Part shown: one piece after another, positions 50,378 through 61,024 of the stretch
Layout of the letters: the number at the start of each line of letters is the position of its first letter
Numbering within the stretch: position 1 is the stretch's first letter
Notes under the pieces: generated by a model
The model's input: only the letters and a program-made list of their open reading frames with translations
Databases searched by the model: none
Told to the model about the DNA's origin: nothing
NCBI GenBank assembly: GCA_965279525.1
Contig: CBDIIB010000005.1
Span: 1,792,001-1,856,000 of the forward strand
From: Tagaea sp.
Lineage (GTDB): Bacteria; Pseudomonadota; Alphaproteobacteria; CACIAM-22H2
Direction of reading: 5' to 3'
DNA length: 64,000 nt
Made by a program: the position numbers and the translations under genes

Positions 50378-51130
50378 ATGTCCGAACTGTTCTCGCGCGT
50401 CGCGCGCGCCGGTCTCGATGCGGTCGTCCCGCCCACCTGCCTCTCGTGCGAATGCATCGTCGCGTCTCCCGGCGGATTGTGCGCGTCGTGCTGGCGGGGG
50501 CTTGCATGGATCGACCGGCCCTATTGCAAGCAATGCGGCACGCCGTTCGCCGCCGACACCAGCGGTGGTGCGGACGATGCCGTCTGTGCGGCGTGCCTTG
50601 TGCAGCGCTCGCCGCTTTCCCGGGTGCGCGCGGCCTTGCGCTACGACGATGCGAGCCGCGCACTTGTGCTCGGTTTCAAGCATGCCGACCGCACGCATGC
50701 TGCCCCGTTCTTCGGCAAATGGCTGGCGCGTGCCGGCGCCGAGGCGCTCGACGGTGCGGATCTGCTCGTCCCCGTCCCGTTGCACTGGACGCGGCTGGTC
50801 TGGCGCCGTTTCAACCAGTCGGCACTGCTGGCGCACGCACTTGCCCGCGAAAGCGGCGTGGCGTGCATGCCCGACCTGCTGGTCCGCGCGCGCCGCACGC
50901 CGATCCAGGGCACGCTCGGCCGGCTCCAGCGCCAGAAGAACGTGCGCCGGGCCTTTGCCGTCCGCGGGCGGCATCTGGACCGCGTCAAGGGTGCGCGGAT
51001 CGTGCTGGTCGACGACGTGCTGACGACCGGGGCCACGCTTGCCGAGTGCGCGCGCACGCTGCGCCGGGCCGGCGCCGCCGAAATCCGGGCCGTGACATTG
51101 GCCCGCGTCGTGCTTCTGGAAGATGGCTGA
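50378..51130 (+). CDS. comF: ComF-family protein (double zinc ribbon + PRTase)
   Basis: Four CxxC pairs, VPVPLH, RFNQS, LVDDVLTTGAT. Confidence 0.9.
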   Translation: MSELFSRVARAGLDAVVPPTCLSCECIVASPGGLCASCWRGLAWIDRPYCKQCGTPFAADTSGGADDAVCAACLVQRSPLSRVRAALRYDDASRALVLGFKHADRTHAAPFFGKWLARAGAEALDGADLLVPVPLHWTRLVWRRFNQSALLAHALARESGVACMPDLLVRARRTPIQGTLGRLQRQKNVRRAFAVRGRHLDRVKGARIVLVDDVLTTGATLAECARTLRRAGAAEIRAVTLARVVLLEDG

Positions 51131-51206
51131 CATGCAGGCCGGGAGTGGAACTCCGCCGCAGGCACGGCTATCTTTATAGGCGCACGGTTCGAGGGGGCTT
51201 CGGGCG

Positions 51207-51464
51207 ATGACGGCGAAGGTCGAGATCTACACCAGTCCGTTCTGCGGCTACTGCGCGCGCGCCAAGCGTCTGCTGTCGTCGAAAGGCGTGTCGTTCGTCG
51301 AGTACGACGTGCTCGCCGACACGAGCCTGCGCCCGACGATGGAAGCGCGCGCCAACGGCGGCACGACAGTTCCGCAGATCTTCATCGACGGCAGGCATGT
51401 CGGCGGCTGCGACGACCTGCACGATCTTGACGCGGCAGGCAAACTCGACCCGATGCTGGCTTAA
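51207..51464 (+). CDS. grxC: Glutaredoxin 3
   Basis: CGYC active site, TVPQIFI, GGCDDL. Confidence 0.93.
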   Translation: MTAKVEIYTSPFCGYCARAKRLLSSKGVSFVEYDVLADTSLRPTMEARANGGTTVPQIFIDGRHVGGCDDLHDLDAAGKLDPMLA

Positions 51465-51988
51465 CGCCTGACGGCCGCGATCCGCTGCACAAGCGCCGGC
51501 CGCGGCGTTTCCACATAAAGGTGTTCATAGGCGACGACGGCGAGTTCGGGCAGCACCAGCCCCAGCAGTTCGTTGTCGGCCAGCAGGAAATCCGGATTGG
51601 ACGGCTTTCCGTAGCGCTCGTTGCCGCGCGCGAAGGTCTCGTAGATCAATGCCCCGCCCGTATCGAGTGCCGCGCGCAAGTCCGGGAACAGCGGCCGGTG
51701 CAGGTAATTCGTCACGACGATGCCGGCGAAACGCCGCGTGCCCATCGGCCACGGCGAACCGTCCTCGAGATCGGCCGCGACCGCTTCCACGCCCGGGATG
51801 CCGCCTAGCGCCGAAACATCCCGGTCGACCGCGACGACCCGATGGCCGAGCCCTGCGAACAGGCGCGCATGCCGCCCGCCGCCGGCCGCGAGATCGAGCA
51901 CGGTCCCGCCGGCCGGCACCAGCCCGGCATGTGCGACGACCCAGGCCGACGGACCGGCCGGGCCGTGGGGTGAATTCGCGTTCGTCAT
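51461..51988 (-). CDS. Class I SAM-dependent methyltransferase
   Basis: VLDLAAGGGRH, VDRD, VVTNYLHRPL, YETF, PSNPDFLL. Confidence 0.85.
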   Translation of the reverse strand: MTNANSPHGPAGPSAWVVAHAGLVPAGGTVLDLAAGGGRHARLFAGLGHRVVAVDRDVSALGGIPGVEAVAADLEDGSPWPMGTRRFAGIVVTNYLHRPLFPDLRAALDTGGALIYETFARGNERYGKPSNPDFLLADNELLGLVLPELAVVAYEHLYVETPRPALVQRIAAVRR

Positions 51989-52028
51989 CCGCCTTGCCTT
52001 CGCCGCCGTTCGCTCCCAAATATAGGCG

Positions 52029-52499
52029 ATGATCGTCTTCAACCTGCAATGCCACAAGGGGCACGGCTTCGAAAGCTGGTTCAAGGACAGTGCGGCCTAT
52101 GCCCGCCAGTCCAAGCGCGGCCTCGTGGAATGCCCGGCCTGCGGCTCGACCAAGGTCGAGAAGGCGCTGATGGCCCCGCGCCTTGCCGGCACGAAGAAGT
52201 CGCGCAAGTCGGCCGCCGCCGCACCGGCGGACGCGCCCGCGCAGGCGGCGATGGGCAGCGATCCCGCCGTCGCCAAGGCGGTCGAGCTCCACAAGGAGCT
52301 TTCCAAGCTGCGTGCGCATGTCGAGAAGAATTTCGAGCATGTCGGCGACAAGTTCGCCGAGGAAGCGCGCAAGATCCATTACGGCGAGACCAAGCACCGC
52401 GACATCTACGGCGAAGCCAGCCCCGAAGATGCCGAAGCGCTGGCCGAGGAGGGCGTGGAGATCGCCCGCATCCCGTGGGTGCGCGGCAACGACGCGTGA
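52029..52499 (+). CDS. DUF1178 family protein
   Basis: C..GH.FESWF, CPACGS, KALMAP, VGDKFAEEARKIHYGE. Confidence 0.88.
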   Translation: MIVFNLQCHKGHGFESWFKDSAAYARQSKRGLVECPACGSTKVEKALMAPRLAGTKKSRKSAAAAPADAPAQAAMGSDPAVAKAVELHKELSKLRAHVEKNFEHVGDKFAEEARKIHYGETKHRDIYGEASPEDAEALAEEGVEIARIPWVRGNDA

Positions 52500-52534
52500 G
52501 TTCCGGCCAAAAGACCTGATCCGAGGAGTCCGCG

Positions 52535-54213
52535 TTGCCGCACGACACGCCTTTCATCGCGACGATCGCGATCGGCCTCGGCCTCGCCTTCCTGTTCGGC
52601 CTCGCCGCACAGCGCTTCCGCCTGCCGCCGATCGTGGGATATCTCGCGGCCGGCATCGCGGCCGGCCCGTTCACGCCGGGCTATGTCGCCGATCCGAAGA
52701 TCGCGACCGAACTCGCCGAGATGGGCGTGATCCTGCTGATGTTCGGCGTGGGCCTGCATTTCTCGCTCAAGGATCTGTTGTCCGTCCGCGCGATCGCGAT
52801 CCCGGGCGCCGTCGGCCAGATCGCCGTCGCCACGCTGCTGGGCATGGGGCTCGCCCACGCGATGGGCTGGCCGTTCGGGGCCGGAATCGTCTTCGGCCTG
52901 GCACTTTCCGTCGCCTCGACCGTCGTGCTGCTGCGCGCGTTGCAGGAGCGCCGCCTGGTCGAGACCGAGCGCGGCCGCATCGCGGTCGGCTGGCTCATCG
53001 TCGAAGATCTCGCGATGGTGCTGGCCCTCGTCCTGCTGCCGCCGCTCGCGGGCCTGCTCGGCGGGACGCCGGCGCAGTCGGAAGCCGGCATTCCGCTGCT
53101 GGCGCCACTCGGCCTCGGGCCGGTGGGCGAGACGCTGCTGGTGACTGCGGCGAAGGTGGCGCTGTTCGTGGCGTTCATGCTGGTCGTCGGCCGGCGCGCG
53201 GTCCCGGCGGTGCTGCACTATGTCGCGCACACGGGGTCGCGCGAACTTGTTCCGTCTGTCGGTGCTGGCGATCGCACTTGGGTGTGGCGTACGGAGCCGC
53301 CCACCTGTTCGGCGTCTCCTTTGCACTCGGCGCCTTCTTCGCGGGCATGGTGCTGGCGGAATCACCGCTCAGCAGCCAGGCCGCGCGCGAAACGCTGCCG
53401 CTGCGCGATGCCTTCGCCGTGCTCTTCTTCGTGTCCGTCGGAATGCTCTTCGATCCTCTCTCGCTCGTGCGCCAGCCGTTGCCGATCCTGGCGACCTTCC
53501 TGATCATCGTGCTGGGCAAGTCGATCGCGGCCTTCCTCATCGTGCGCGCCTTTGGCTATTCGAAGAACGTGGCGCTGACGATCTCGGCAAGCCTCGCGCA
53601 GATCGGCGAATTCTCGTTCATCCTCGCCGTGCTCGGCGTCAGCGTCGCGGTCCTGCCCGAAGCGGCGCGCGACCTGATCGTCGCCGGCGCCATCCTGTCG
53701 ATCCTGCTCAATCCGCTGTGCTTCCACGTCCTCGATCGCTGGATGACGAAGCACGAGCCCGAAGCGCCGGCAGCACCCGCACCCGCACCGCCGCCGGCCG
53801 CGACGGACAAGCCGCTGGCCCTGGTCGTCGGGCACGGCCGCGTGGGTTCACGCGTGACGCCTTCGCTGATCGCCGCCGGCTATCCGCTCGTGGTCGTCGA
53901 CGACACCGACGAAGCGCTCGCGGGCCTTCGCGAGAAGGGCGTGGAAACGCGGCGCGGGCGGTTCGGCGATGCCGGCGGTCTGGAGGGGCTCGATCTTGCG
54001 CGCGTGGGCTGGCTCTTCGTCGCGATCCCCGAGCCGTTCGAAGCCGGCACAGTCGTCGAGACGGTGCGCAAGGCAAGTCCGTCCGCCCGGATCATCGCGC
54101 GTGCGCACAGTGACGAGGCCGTGGCGCATCTGAAGAAACTCGGTGCCGACGACGTCCTGATGGGCGAGGCGGAGATCGCCAACGGCATGCTGCGGGCGAT
54201 CTTCGGGCGCTGA
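52535..54213 (+). pseudogene. YbaL/RosB-like cation:proton antiporter (CPA2 + TrkA-N) interrupted by two +1 frameshifts (or sequencing errors)
   Basis: Homologous sequence continues across three frames: ...HTGSREL / FRLSVLAIAL / GVAYGAAHLFG...; extra T near 53247 and extra G near 53281. Confidence 0.82.
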
Positions 54214-54229
54214 CGCGCGGATTGCCGTC

Positions 54230-54991
54230 TCAGGCCCGGACTGCGAACGCCATGTAGTTGACGTCGAGATCGCGGCCGAGCTTCCAGGTATCGAGGATCG
54301 GGTTGTAGGCGACGCCCGTCATGTGCGTGACCGCGAGGCCGGGTGCGCGCAGCGCGTCGCTGACCTCGCCGGGCCGGACGAACTTCTTCCATTCGTGCGT
54401 GCCGCGCGGCAGCCAGCCCAGCACGTATTCCGCCCCCACGATCGCCAGCAGGAACGCTTTGGGCGTGCGGTTGAGCGTGGCGACGAGCATCGCTCCGCCG
54501 GGCCGCACGAGACGGCCGCAATCGCCAAGGAACCCGGCCGGATCGGCGACATGCTCGACGACTTCGAGCGACAGCACGGCATCGAAGACTTCGCCGGCGG
54601 CGACGAGGCTTTCGGCCGTCGCGTGGCGATAGTCGATCGCTAAGCCCATGCGCGCGGCATGTGTGGAGGCAATCCCGATATTGCGTGCCGAGGCGTCGAT
54701 CGCGACGACCGTGGCCCCCAGCCGTGCCATCGGCTCGGCGACCAGCCCGCCGCCGCAGCCGATATCGAGCACGCGCAGGCCGGCCAGGGGCTTCGCCGCC
54801 AGCGGATCGCGCCCGAAATGCTGGGCCAGCCGGTCGCGGATGTAGCCGAGGCGCACCGGGTTGAACTTGTGCAGCGGGCGGAACTTGCCGTTGGGGTCCC
54901 ACCATTCGTCGGCCATCGCCGCGAAGCGCGCCACCTCGGCGGGATCGACGCTGGGACCGCTGGCGGCGTCGAGGGCGGGGGACTGGGTCAA
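54230..54991 (-). CDS. ubiG: Ubiquinone biosynthesis O-methyltransferase
   Basis: [36 protein letters not shown]; TTG start. Confidence 0.95.
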   Translation of the reverse strand: MTQSPALDAASGPSVDPAEVARFAAMADEWWDPNGKFRPLHKFNPVRLGYIRDRLAQHFGRDPLAAKPLAGLRVLDIGCGGGLVAEPMARLGATVVAIDASARNIGIASTHAARMGLAIDYRHATAESLVAAGEVFDAVLSLEVVEHVADPAGFLGDCGRLVRPGGAMLVATLNRTPKAFLLAIVGAEYVLGWLPRGTHEWKKFVRPGEVSDALRAPGLAVTHMTGVAYNPILDTWKLGRDLDVNYMAFAVRA

Positions 54992-55150
54992 GGTGGCAGG
55001 CTCCGTCTTTCAGAAAAATCGAGCGCGAACTTGCCCTGCCCGCGCCAAGACAGTAGATATGGCGCGCTTTTCGCGCCGGCAATGGCGAAAGCGACGATAC
55101 TTTGCCAAGTCCATGTCCGGAAAGGCAATTCTGAAGGGGCAAGCGGGTCA

Positions 55151-56371
55151 ATGGCACGCCTGGTACTGAAGTTCGGCGGAACGTCGGTTGCGAACGTGGA
55201 GCGCATCCGCAACGTCGCCGTGCGCGTCAAGCGCGAGGTCGACGCCGGCAACGAGGTCGCGGTCGTGGTTTCCGCCATGTCGGGACAGACGAACCAGCTC
55301 GTCGCGTGGGTCAACGAGATCTCGAAATTCTACGATCCGCGCGAATACGACGCGGTCGTGTCGACCGGCGAACAGGTGACGAGCGGCCTTACCGCACTCG
55401 CCCTCCAGCAGAACGGCCTCAAGGCGCGCTCGTGGCAGGGATGGCAGATCGCACTTCGCACCGATTCCACGCATTCGAAGGCGCGCATCGAAAGCATCGA
55501 CACCGAAGAACTCGACCGGTCGATGCGCGCGGGCGAAGTCGCCGTCATTTCCGGATTCCAGGGGCTGACCGACGACAACCGCGTGACCACGCTGGGGCGC
55601 GGCGGGTCGGATACGTCGGCGGTGGCGCTGGCGGCAGCCCTCAAGGCCGACCGGTGCGACATCTACACCGACGTCGACGGCGTCTATACGTGCGATCCCC
55701 GGATCGTCACGAAGGCGCGCAAGCTCGACAAGATCACGTACGAAGAGATGCTCGAGATGGCCTCGCTGGGCGCCAAGGTGCTCCAGACGCGGTCGGTCGA
55801 GCTGGCCATGAACCACCGCGTGCGCGTGCAGGTCCTCTCGAGCTTCGAGGACAAGCCCGGCACGATGGTCGTCGACGAGGAAGAGATCGTGGAAAAGCAA
55901 GTCGTCAGCGGGATCGCCTACAGCCGGGACGAGGCCAAGGTGACCCTTACCAAGGTGGCCGACCGTCCGGGCGTGGCCGCCGCAATCTTCGGCCCGCTCG
56001 CGGATGCCGCCATCAACGTGGACATGATCGTCCAGAACATCTCGGACGACGGCAAGGCCACCGACATGACCTTCACGGTCGGCAAGGCGGACCTCGACCG
56101 CTGCGTCAAGCTGCTGAACGACCAGAAGGGCAAGCTCGGCTTCGTCGACCTGAAGCCCGATCCCAACGTCGTCAAGGTGTCGGTCATCGGCGTCGGCATG
56201 CGCAGCCATGCCGGCGTGGCGCTGGCGATGTTCCGCACGCTCGCCGACAAGGGCATCAACATCCAGGTCATCTCGACATCGGAGATCAAGATCTCCGTGC
56301 TGATCGACGAGCAGTATCTGGAACTCGCACTGCGGGCTCTGCACACGGCCTACGAGCTCGACGCCGCATGA
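55151..56371 (+). CDS. lysC: Aspartate kinase
   Basis: KFGGTSV, VVSAM, TLGRGGSDTSA, TDVDG, two ACT domains ending STSEIKIS. Confidence 0.97.
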   Translation: MARLVLKFGGTSVANVERIRNVAVRVKREVDAGNEVAVVVSAMSGQTNQLVAWVNEISKFYDPREYDAVVSTGEQVTSGLTALALQQNGLKARSWQGWQIALRTDSTHSKARIESIDTEELDRSMRAGEVAVISGFQGLTDDNRVTTLGRGGSDTSAVALAAALKADRCDIYTDVDGVYTCDPRIVTKARKLDKITYEEMLEMASLGAKVLQTRSVELAMNHRVRVQVLSSFEDKPGTMVVDEEEIVEKQVVSGIAYSRDEAKVTLTKVADRPGVAAAIFGPLADAAINVDMIVQNISDDGKATDMTFTVGKADLDRCVKLLNDQKGKLGFVDLKPDPNVVKVSVIGVGMRSHAGVALAMFRTLADKGINIQVISTSEIKISVLIDEQYLELALRALHTAYELDAA

Positions 56372-57429
56372 ACGACGTCGCCACCCCGGACGCGCGCGAC
56401 GCCGCTGCCCGCCGGCTCGACCGGCTCTCGGCGCGCGGGCGCGCGGTGCTGGGCACGCGCCATGCGATCATGGGCGGCGCGATGACGTGGGTTTCCGAGC
56501 GCAACCTCGTCGCGGCGATCTCGAATGCCGGCGGCTTCGGCGTGCTTGCCTGCGGTTCGATGAAGCCCGAGATGCTCGCCGCCGAGATCGCGGCCACGAA
56601 GAAGCTGACCGACAAGCCCTTCGGCGTGAACCTGATCGTCATGCACCCGCAGCTCGTCGAGCTGGCGCAGGTGTGCCTCGACGCGCGCGTCAGCCATGTC
56701 GTGCTTGCCGGTGGCATGCCGCCGGGCGACATCCTCAAGAAGCTGAAGGACGGCGGCGCGAAGGTCATCGCGTTTGCACCGGCCCTTGTCATCGGCAAGA
56801 AGCTCGTCCGCTCGGGCGTCGACGCGCTGGTCATCGAAGGCATGGAGGCCGGCGGCCATATCGGTGCCGTGTCGACCGCCGTGCTGGCACAGGAAATCCT
56901 GCCCGCGATCCGCGAGGTGCCGGTCTTCGTCGCCGGCGGGATCGGACGCGGCGAAGCGATCCTGTCGTTCCTCGAGATGGGGGCGGCGGGCGTGCAGCTG
57001 GGTACACGCTTCGTGTGCGCGCGCGAGAGCGTGGCGCATCCCGATTTCAAGAAGGCCTTCATCCGCGCGGCCGCGCGCGACGCGGTCCCCTCGGTCCAGC
57101 TCGATCCGCGCTTCCCGGTGATCCCGGTGCGGGCCCTTGCCAACAAGGCCACGCAGGCCTTCAACGCCGCCCAGCGCGACATCGCCGCCAAGGTTGATCG
57201 CGGCGAGCTCGACATGAAGGCCGCCCAGCTCGAGATCGAGCATTACTGGGCCGGGGCCCTGCGCCGCGCCGCCGTCGACGGCGACGTCGAGAACGGCTCG
57301 CTGATGGCCGGGCAGTCGGTCGGCATGGTCACGCGCGAGCAGACGACGGCAGAGATCGTCGAGGAACTCGTCGGGCAGGCGCTCGACGCGCTGGTGGCGC
57401 GCGAAAGCGAAGCGGCGGGAGCCGCGTGA
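56368..57429 (+). CDS. Nitronate monooxygenase / FabK-like flavin oxidoreductase
   Basis: GGAMTWVS, PFGVNL, EGMEAGGHIG, AGGI, QLGTRF, MAGQSVG. Confidence 0.87.
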   Translation: MNDVATPDARDAAARRLDRLSARGRAVLGTRHAIMGGAMTWVSERNLVAAISNAGGFGVLACGSMKPEMLAAEIAATKKLTDKPFGVNLIVMHPQLVELAQVCLDARVSHVVLAGGMPPGDILKKLKDGGAKVIAFAPALVIGKKLVRSGVDALVIEGMEAGGHIGAVSTAVLAQEILPAIREVPVFVAGGIGRGEAILSFLEMGAAGVQLGTRFVCARESVAHPDFKKAFIRAAARDAVPSVQLDPRFPVIPVRALANKATQAFNAAQRDIAAKVDRGELDMKAAQLEIEHYWAGALRRAAVDGDVENGSLMAGQSVGMVTREQTTAEIVEELVGQALDALVARESEAAGAA

Positions 57430-59702
57430 TGCAGACGGCGCTCGGGCCCGGTGCGACGCGCCGCCTGCTCAAGCGCCTGCGCGACATGATGGCGGCGGCC
57501 GGGAGCGCCCAGCAGCGCCTCGACCGCATCGTCAAGATCATCGCCGCCGACCTGATCGCCGAGGTCTGCTCGGTCTACGTGATGCGCGCGGGCCAGGTGC
57601 TCGAGCTGTTCGCGACCGAAGGCCTCAACCAGGACGCCGTCCACAAGACGCGCCTGCGCGTGGGCGAGGGCCTCGTGGGCGAGATCGCGCATTCGGCGCG
57701 CACGCTCGCGCTGTCCGACGCCCAGTCGCATCCCAACTTCGCCTACCGCCCGGAAACGGGCGAGGAAATCTACCACTCGCTGCTCGGCGTGCCGATCCTG
57801 CGCGCGGGCCGGGCACTGGGCGTGCTCGTGCTGCAGAACCGCACCTACCGCGACTACACCGAGGAGGAGGCCGAAACCCTCCAGACCGTCGCGATGGTGC
57901 TGGCCGAACTCGTTTCCGGCGGCGAACTCGTCAGCCCCGAGGAGATGCTGCGCGGCGACGACGTGGGGCTTGGCGCCACCGAACGCCTCGACGGCCTCAA
58001 GCTCAACGAGGGGATCGCCATCGGCACGGTCGTGCTGCACCAGCCGCGCGTGACCGTGCGCCAGATGGTCGCCGACGACCCGCAGGCCGAGGTCAAGCGC
58101 CTGCGCGACGCGATGAGCGGCATGCGCGTGGACATCGACCAGATCTTCGAGAAATCGGGTCTCGTCGAAGGCGACGAGCGCTGGGAGATCCTCGAGACCT
58201 ACCGCATGTTCGCCGAGGACCGCGGCTGGCTGCAGCGCATCTCGGAAGCCATCGAGACGGGCCTCACCGCCGAGGCGGCCGTGCAGAAGGTCCAGGAAGA
58301 CAACCGCGCGCGCCTGACGCAGACGACCGATCCTTATCTTCGCGAACGTGTCGACGATTTCGACGATCTCGCCAACCGGCTGATGCGCCATCTTTCCGGC
58401 GACCGTACGGCGGCGGATGCCGGCGACCTGCCCGACGATACGGTGCTGGTCGCGCGCAATCTGGGGCCGGCCGAGCTGCTGGAATACGACCGGCGCAAAC
58501 TGAAGGGCGTCGTGCTCGAGGAAGGCTCGCCCACCGCGCACGTGTCGATCATCGCGCATGCGCTCGACCTGCCGATGGTCGGGCGCGTGACCGGGCTGCT
58601 GGGTCGCGTGGAAAGCGGAGACGCGATCGTCGTCGACGGCATTTCAGGCCAGACGATCCTGCGCCCGCGCGACGACGTGCGCGAGACCTTCGCCCAGGCG
58701 ATCCGCCAGCGCGATGCGCTTCGCGCGGGCTATGCCGCGATCCGCAAGCTGCCGGCGGTCACCAAGGACGGCACGCCGGTCTCGCTCAACATGAATGCAG
58801 GCCTCGTCATCGATGTCGACCATCTGGCCGATAGCGGTGCCGACGGCATCGGTCTCTACCGCACCGAAATCCCGTTCATGATCCGATCGAGCATGCCCGA
58901 CGTGGTCGAGCAGACGGATCTCTACCGGCGCATCCTCGACCGTGCCGACGGGCGGCCCGTGGTTTTCCGCACGCTCGACATCGGCGGCGACAAGCTGCTG
59001 CCCTATATGGAGAACGTCGCGCAGGAAAATCCCGCCATGGGTTTCCGCGCGATCCGCCTGACGCTCGACAGGCCGGCGATCCTGCGCGAACAGGTGCGCG
59101 GGCTGCTGCGCGCGGCCGGCGGCCGGCGGCTCGATCTGATGTTCCCGATGGTGGCCGAGGTCGCCGAGTTCGACGCCGCGCGCGAACTGGTCGAGATCGA
59201 GATCGCGCGCGAGCGCAAGCGGGGACGCACGCTGCCCGACCCCATCCACATGGGCACGATGATGGAGGTGCCCTCGCTCTACTGGCAGCTGCCGCAGCTG
59301 CTGAAGCGGGTGGATTTCCTGTCGGTCGGATCGAACGACCTGCTGCAGTTCTTTTTCGCGTGCGACCGGGGCAATCCCGAGCTGGCGGATCGCTACGACG
59401 CGCTCTCGCCGCCAGTCTTGCGGTTCCTGCGCGCCATTGCCGGCGAATGCGAGGCGGCCGGCGTGCCGCTGACGCTGTGCGGCGATATCGCGAGCCGCCC
59501 GTTGGAAGCCATGGCCTTGATCGGTATCGGCTTTCGACGACTTTCGATGCCGTTTCCGGCGATCGGGCCGGTCAAGGCGATGGCCCGGAGCCTCGACCTT
59601 CCGCCGCTTGCCAAGTATCTCGACGAACTGACGAAGCTTGCCGACCACTCGGTCCGGAAAAAATTGCTGAGTTTTGCCCGGGATCACAACATTCCAGTTT
59701 AG
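57429..59702 (+). CDS. ptsP: Phosphoenolpyruvate-protein phosphotransferase EI-Ntr
   Basis: N-terminal GAF domain, TAH phospho-His, GIGLYRTE, RTLDIGGDK, SVGSNDL; start 57429 (or GTG 57426). Confidence 0.96.
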   Translation: MQTALGPGATRRLLKRLRDMMAAAGSAQQRLDRIVKIIAADLIAEVCSVYVMRAGQVLELFATEGLNQDAVHKTRLRVGEGLVGEIAHSARTLALSDAQSHPNFAYRPETGEEIYHSLLGVPILRAGRALGVLVLQNRTYRDYTEEEAETLQTVAMVLAELVSGGELVSPEEMLRGDDVGLGATERLDGLKLNEGIAIGTVVLHQPRVTVRQMVADDPQAEVKRLRDAMSGMRVDIDQIFEKSGLVEGDERWEILETYRMFAEDRGWLQRISEAIETGLTAEAAVQKVQEDNRARLTQTTDPYLRERVDDFDDLANRLMRHLSGDRTAADAGDLPDDTVLVARNLGPAELLEYDRRKLKGVVLEEGSPTAHVSIIAHALDLPMVGRVTGLLGRVESGDAIVVDGISGQTILRPRDDVRETFAQAIRQRDALRAGYAAIRKLPAVTKDGTPVSLNMNAGLVIDVDHLADSGADGIGLYRTEIPFMIRSSMPDVVEQTDLYRRILDRADGRPVVFRTLDIGGDKLLPYMENVAQENPAMGFRAIRLTLDRPAILREQVRGLLRAAGGRRLDLMFPMVAEVAEFDAARELVEIEIARERKRGRTLPDPIHMGTMMEVPSLYWQLPQLLKRVDFLSVGSNDLLQFFFACDRGNPELADRYDALSPPVLRFLRAIAGECEAAGVPLTLCGDIASRPLEAMALIGIGFRRLSMPFPAIGPVKAMARSLDLPPLAKYLDELTKLADHSVRKKLLSFARDHNIPV

Positions 59703-59719
59703 GGAATGTTGTGATCCCG
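59679..59719. repeat. Perfect 17-bp inverted repeat spanning the ptsP stop codon
   Basis: CGGGATCACAACATTCC-AGTTTAG-GGAATGTTGTGATCCCG. Confidence 0.88.
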
Positions 59720-59861
59720 AATCGACCCGGACCGGCAGCAGTTGTCGCCATTGTAGCAATTTGCTAAACACGTCAAGTGCTTGTCTTGCCACCCGTGGCA
59801 CAGCCGCCCGATCAGGCGGTTTTGTCCGGGTTTTCAAGACGATCCGAGCTTCGAGCGAGCG

Positions 59862-60965
59862 ATGCCAAAGACGCCCACTAAACGTCAGCATGCATCCGGA
59901 ACGGGTGCCGGGACCGTATCGGCACCGCCGGTCAACGCGACCGTCGGCCAGCTGCTGCGCGCCGAGCGGACGCGGCGCGGCTGGCAGATCGCCGACATCG
60001 CCAAGCATCTGAAAATCCGCCGCGCACTTCTCGACGCGATCGAGGTGGGCCGCCACCAGGACCTGCCGCGCGGCGCCTATGCGATCGGCTTCGTGCGCTC
60101 CTATGCCGACCTGCTCGAACTCGACAGCGGCGAACTCGTGCGCCGCTTCAAGCAGGAATCGAGCGGCATCGACGAGCCGACCGAACTCACGTTTCCCACG
60201 CCGATCAACGAAAGCCGCCTGCCGGGCCGTCTCGTCGTCGCGTTCTCGCTGCTGCTTGCGGTGGGTGCCTATGGCGGCTGGTACTATTCCACGCTCGACC
60301 AGCGCGCACCCGCACCGCGCGTGACGGCCGTGCCCGAAACGCTGGCGGCACGCATTCCGGCACCCGAGCCGGTGGCACCCCGCACGCCCAGCCCGTCATC
60401 CAGCGAAGCGCTTGCCAGGGTCCTGCCGAGCGCTCCGCCGGCCACGGTCGCCGAACCGCCGGCCGCCCTGCCGCCGGCCGCGTTCGTTCCCACGCCGGCC
60501 CCCGCCCAGATCGCGAGCCTGCCTGCCGCACCGCCGCCAGCTGCAGTACCGGCCGCAGTGCCGGCCGACAGCGCGCCGCGCAGCTTCGGCGAGGCGACCG
60601 AGGGCCGCATCGTCATCCGCGCCACGTCCGACAGCTGGACCCAGGTGCGCGATGCCGGCGGCAGCGTCATCTTCTCGCGCATCCTGCGCGCCGGCGAGAG
60701 CTACAACGCCCCCGATCGCGAGGGCTTGACGATGTCGACCGGCAATGCCGGCGGCCTCGACATCCGCGTCGACGGGAAGGCCGCCCCGGCGGTCGGCCGG
60801 CTCGGCTTCGTGCAGCGGTCGGTCTCGCTCGACCCGCAGCGCCTGATCGCCGGCACGGCAGCCAACGAATCGGTTCCGGCCCGTCCGGCGCCGCCTGCCG
60901 CGGCACCCGCCGCGACACCGGCAGCCCCGGCGGAACCCGGCGAAGATCGCGGCTCGCCCGGCTGA
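59862..60965 (+). CDS. rodZ: RodZ-like cytoskeleton protein (HTH, TM, DUF4115)
   Basis: VGQLLRAER...LKIR...AIE...YAIGFVRSYA, one TM, Pro/Ala linker, SWTQVRD...TGNAGGL; upstream of ispG. Confidence 0.85.
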   Translation: MPKTPTKRQHASGTGAGTVSAPPVNATVGQLLRAERTRRGWQIADIAKHLKIRRALLDAIEVGRHQDLPRGAYAIGFVRSYADLLELDSGELVRRFKQESSGIDEPTELTFPTPINESRLPGRLVVAFSLLLAVGAYGGWYYSTLDQRAPAPRVTAVPETLAARIPAPEPVAPRTPSPSSSEALARVLPSAPPATVAEPPAALPPAAFVPTPAPAQIASLPAAPPPAAVPAAVPADSAPRSFGEATEGRIVIRATSDSWTQVRDAGGSVIFSRILRAGESYNAPDREGLTMSTGNAGGLDIRVDGKAAPAVGRLGFVQRSVSLDPQRLIAGTAANESVPARPAPPAAAPAATPAAPAEPGEDRGSPG

Positions 60966-61024
60966 GGCCGGGTGCGCTATAAAGGCGGGGCAATCGCCCC
61001 CGTCCGAGATCCGAGCGCGCCCCG

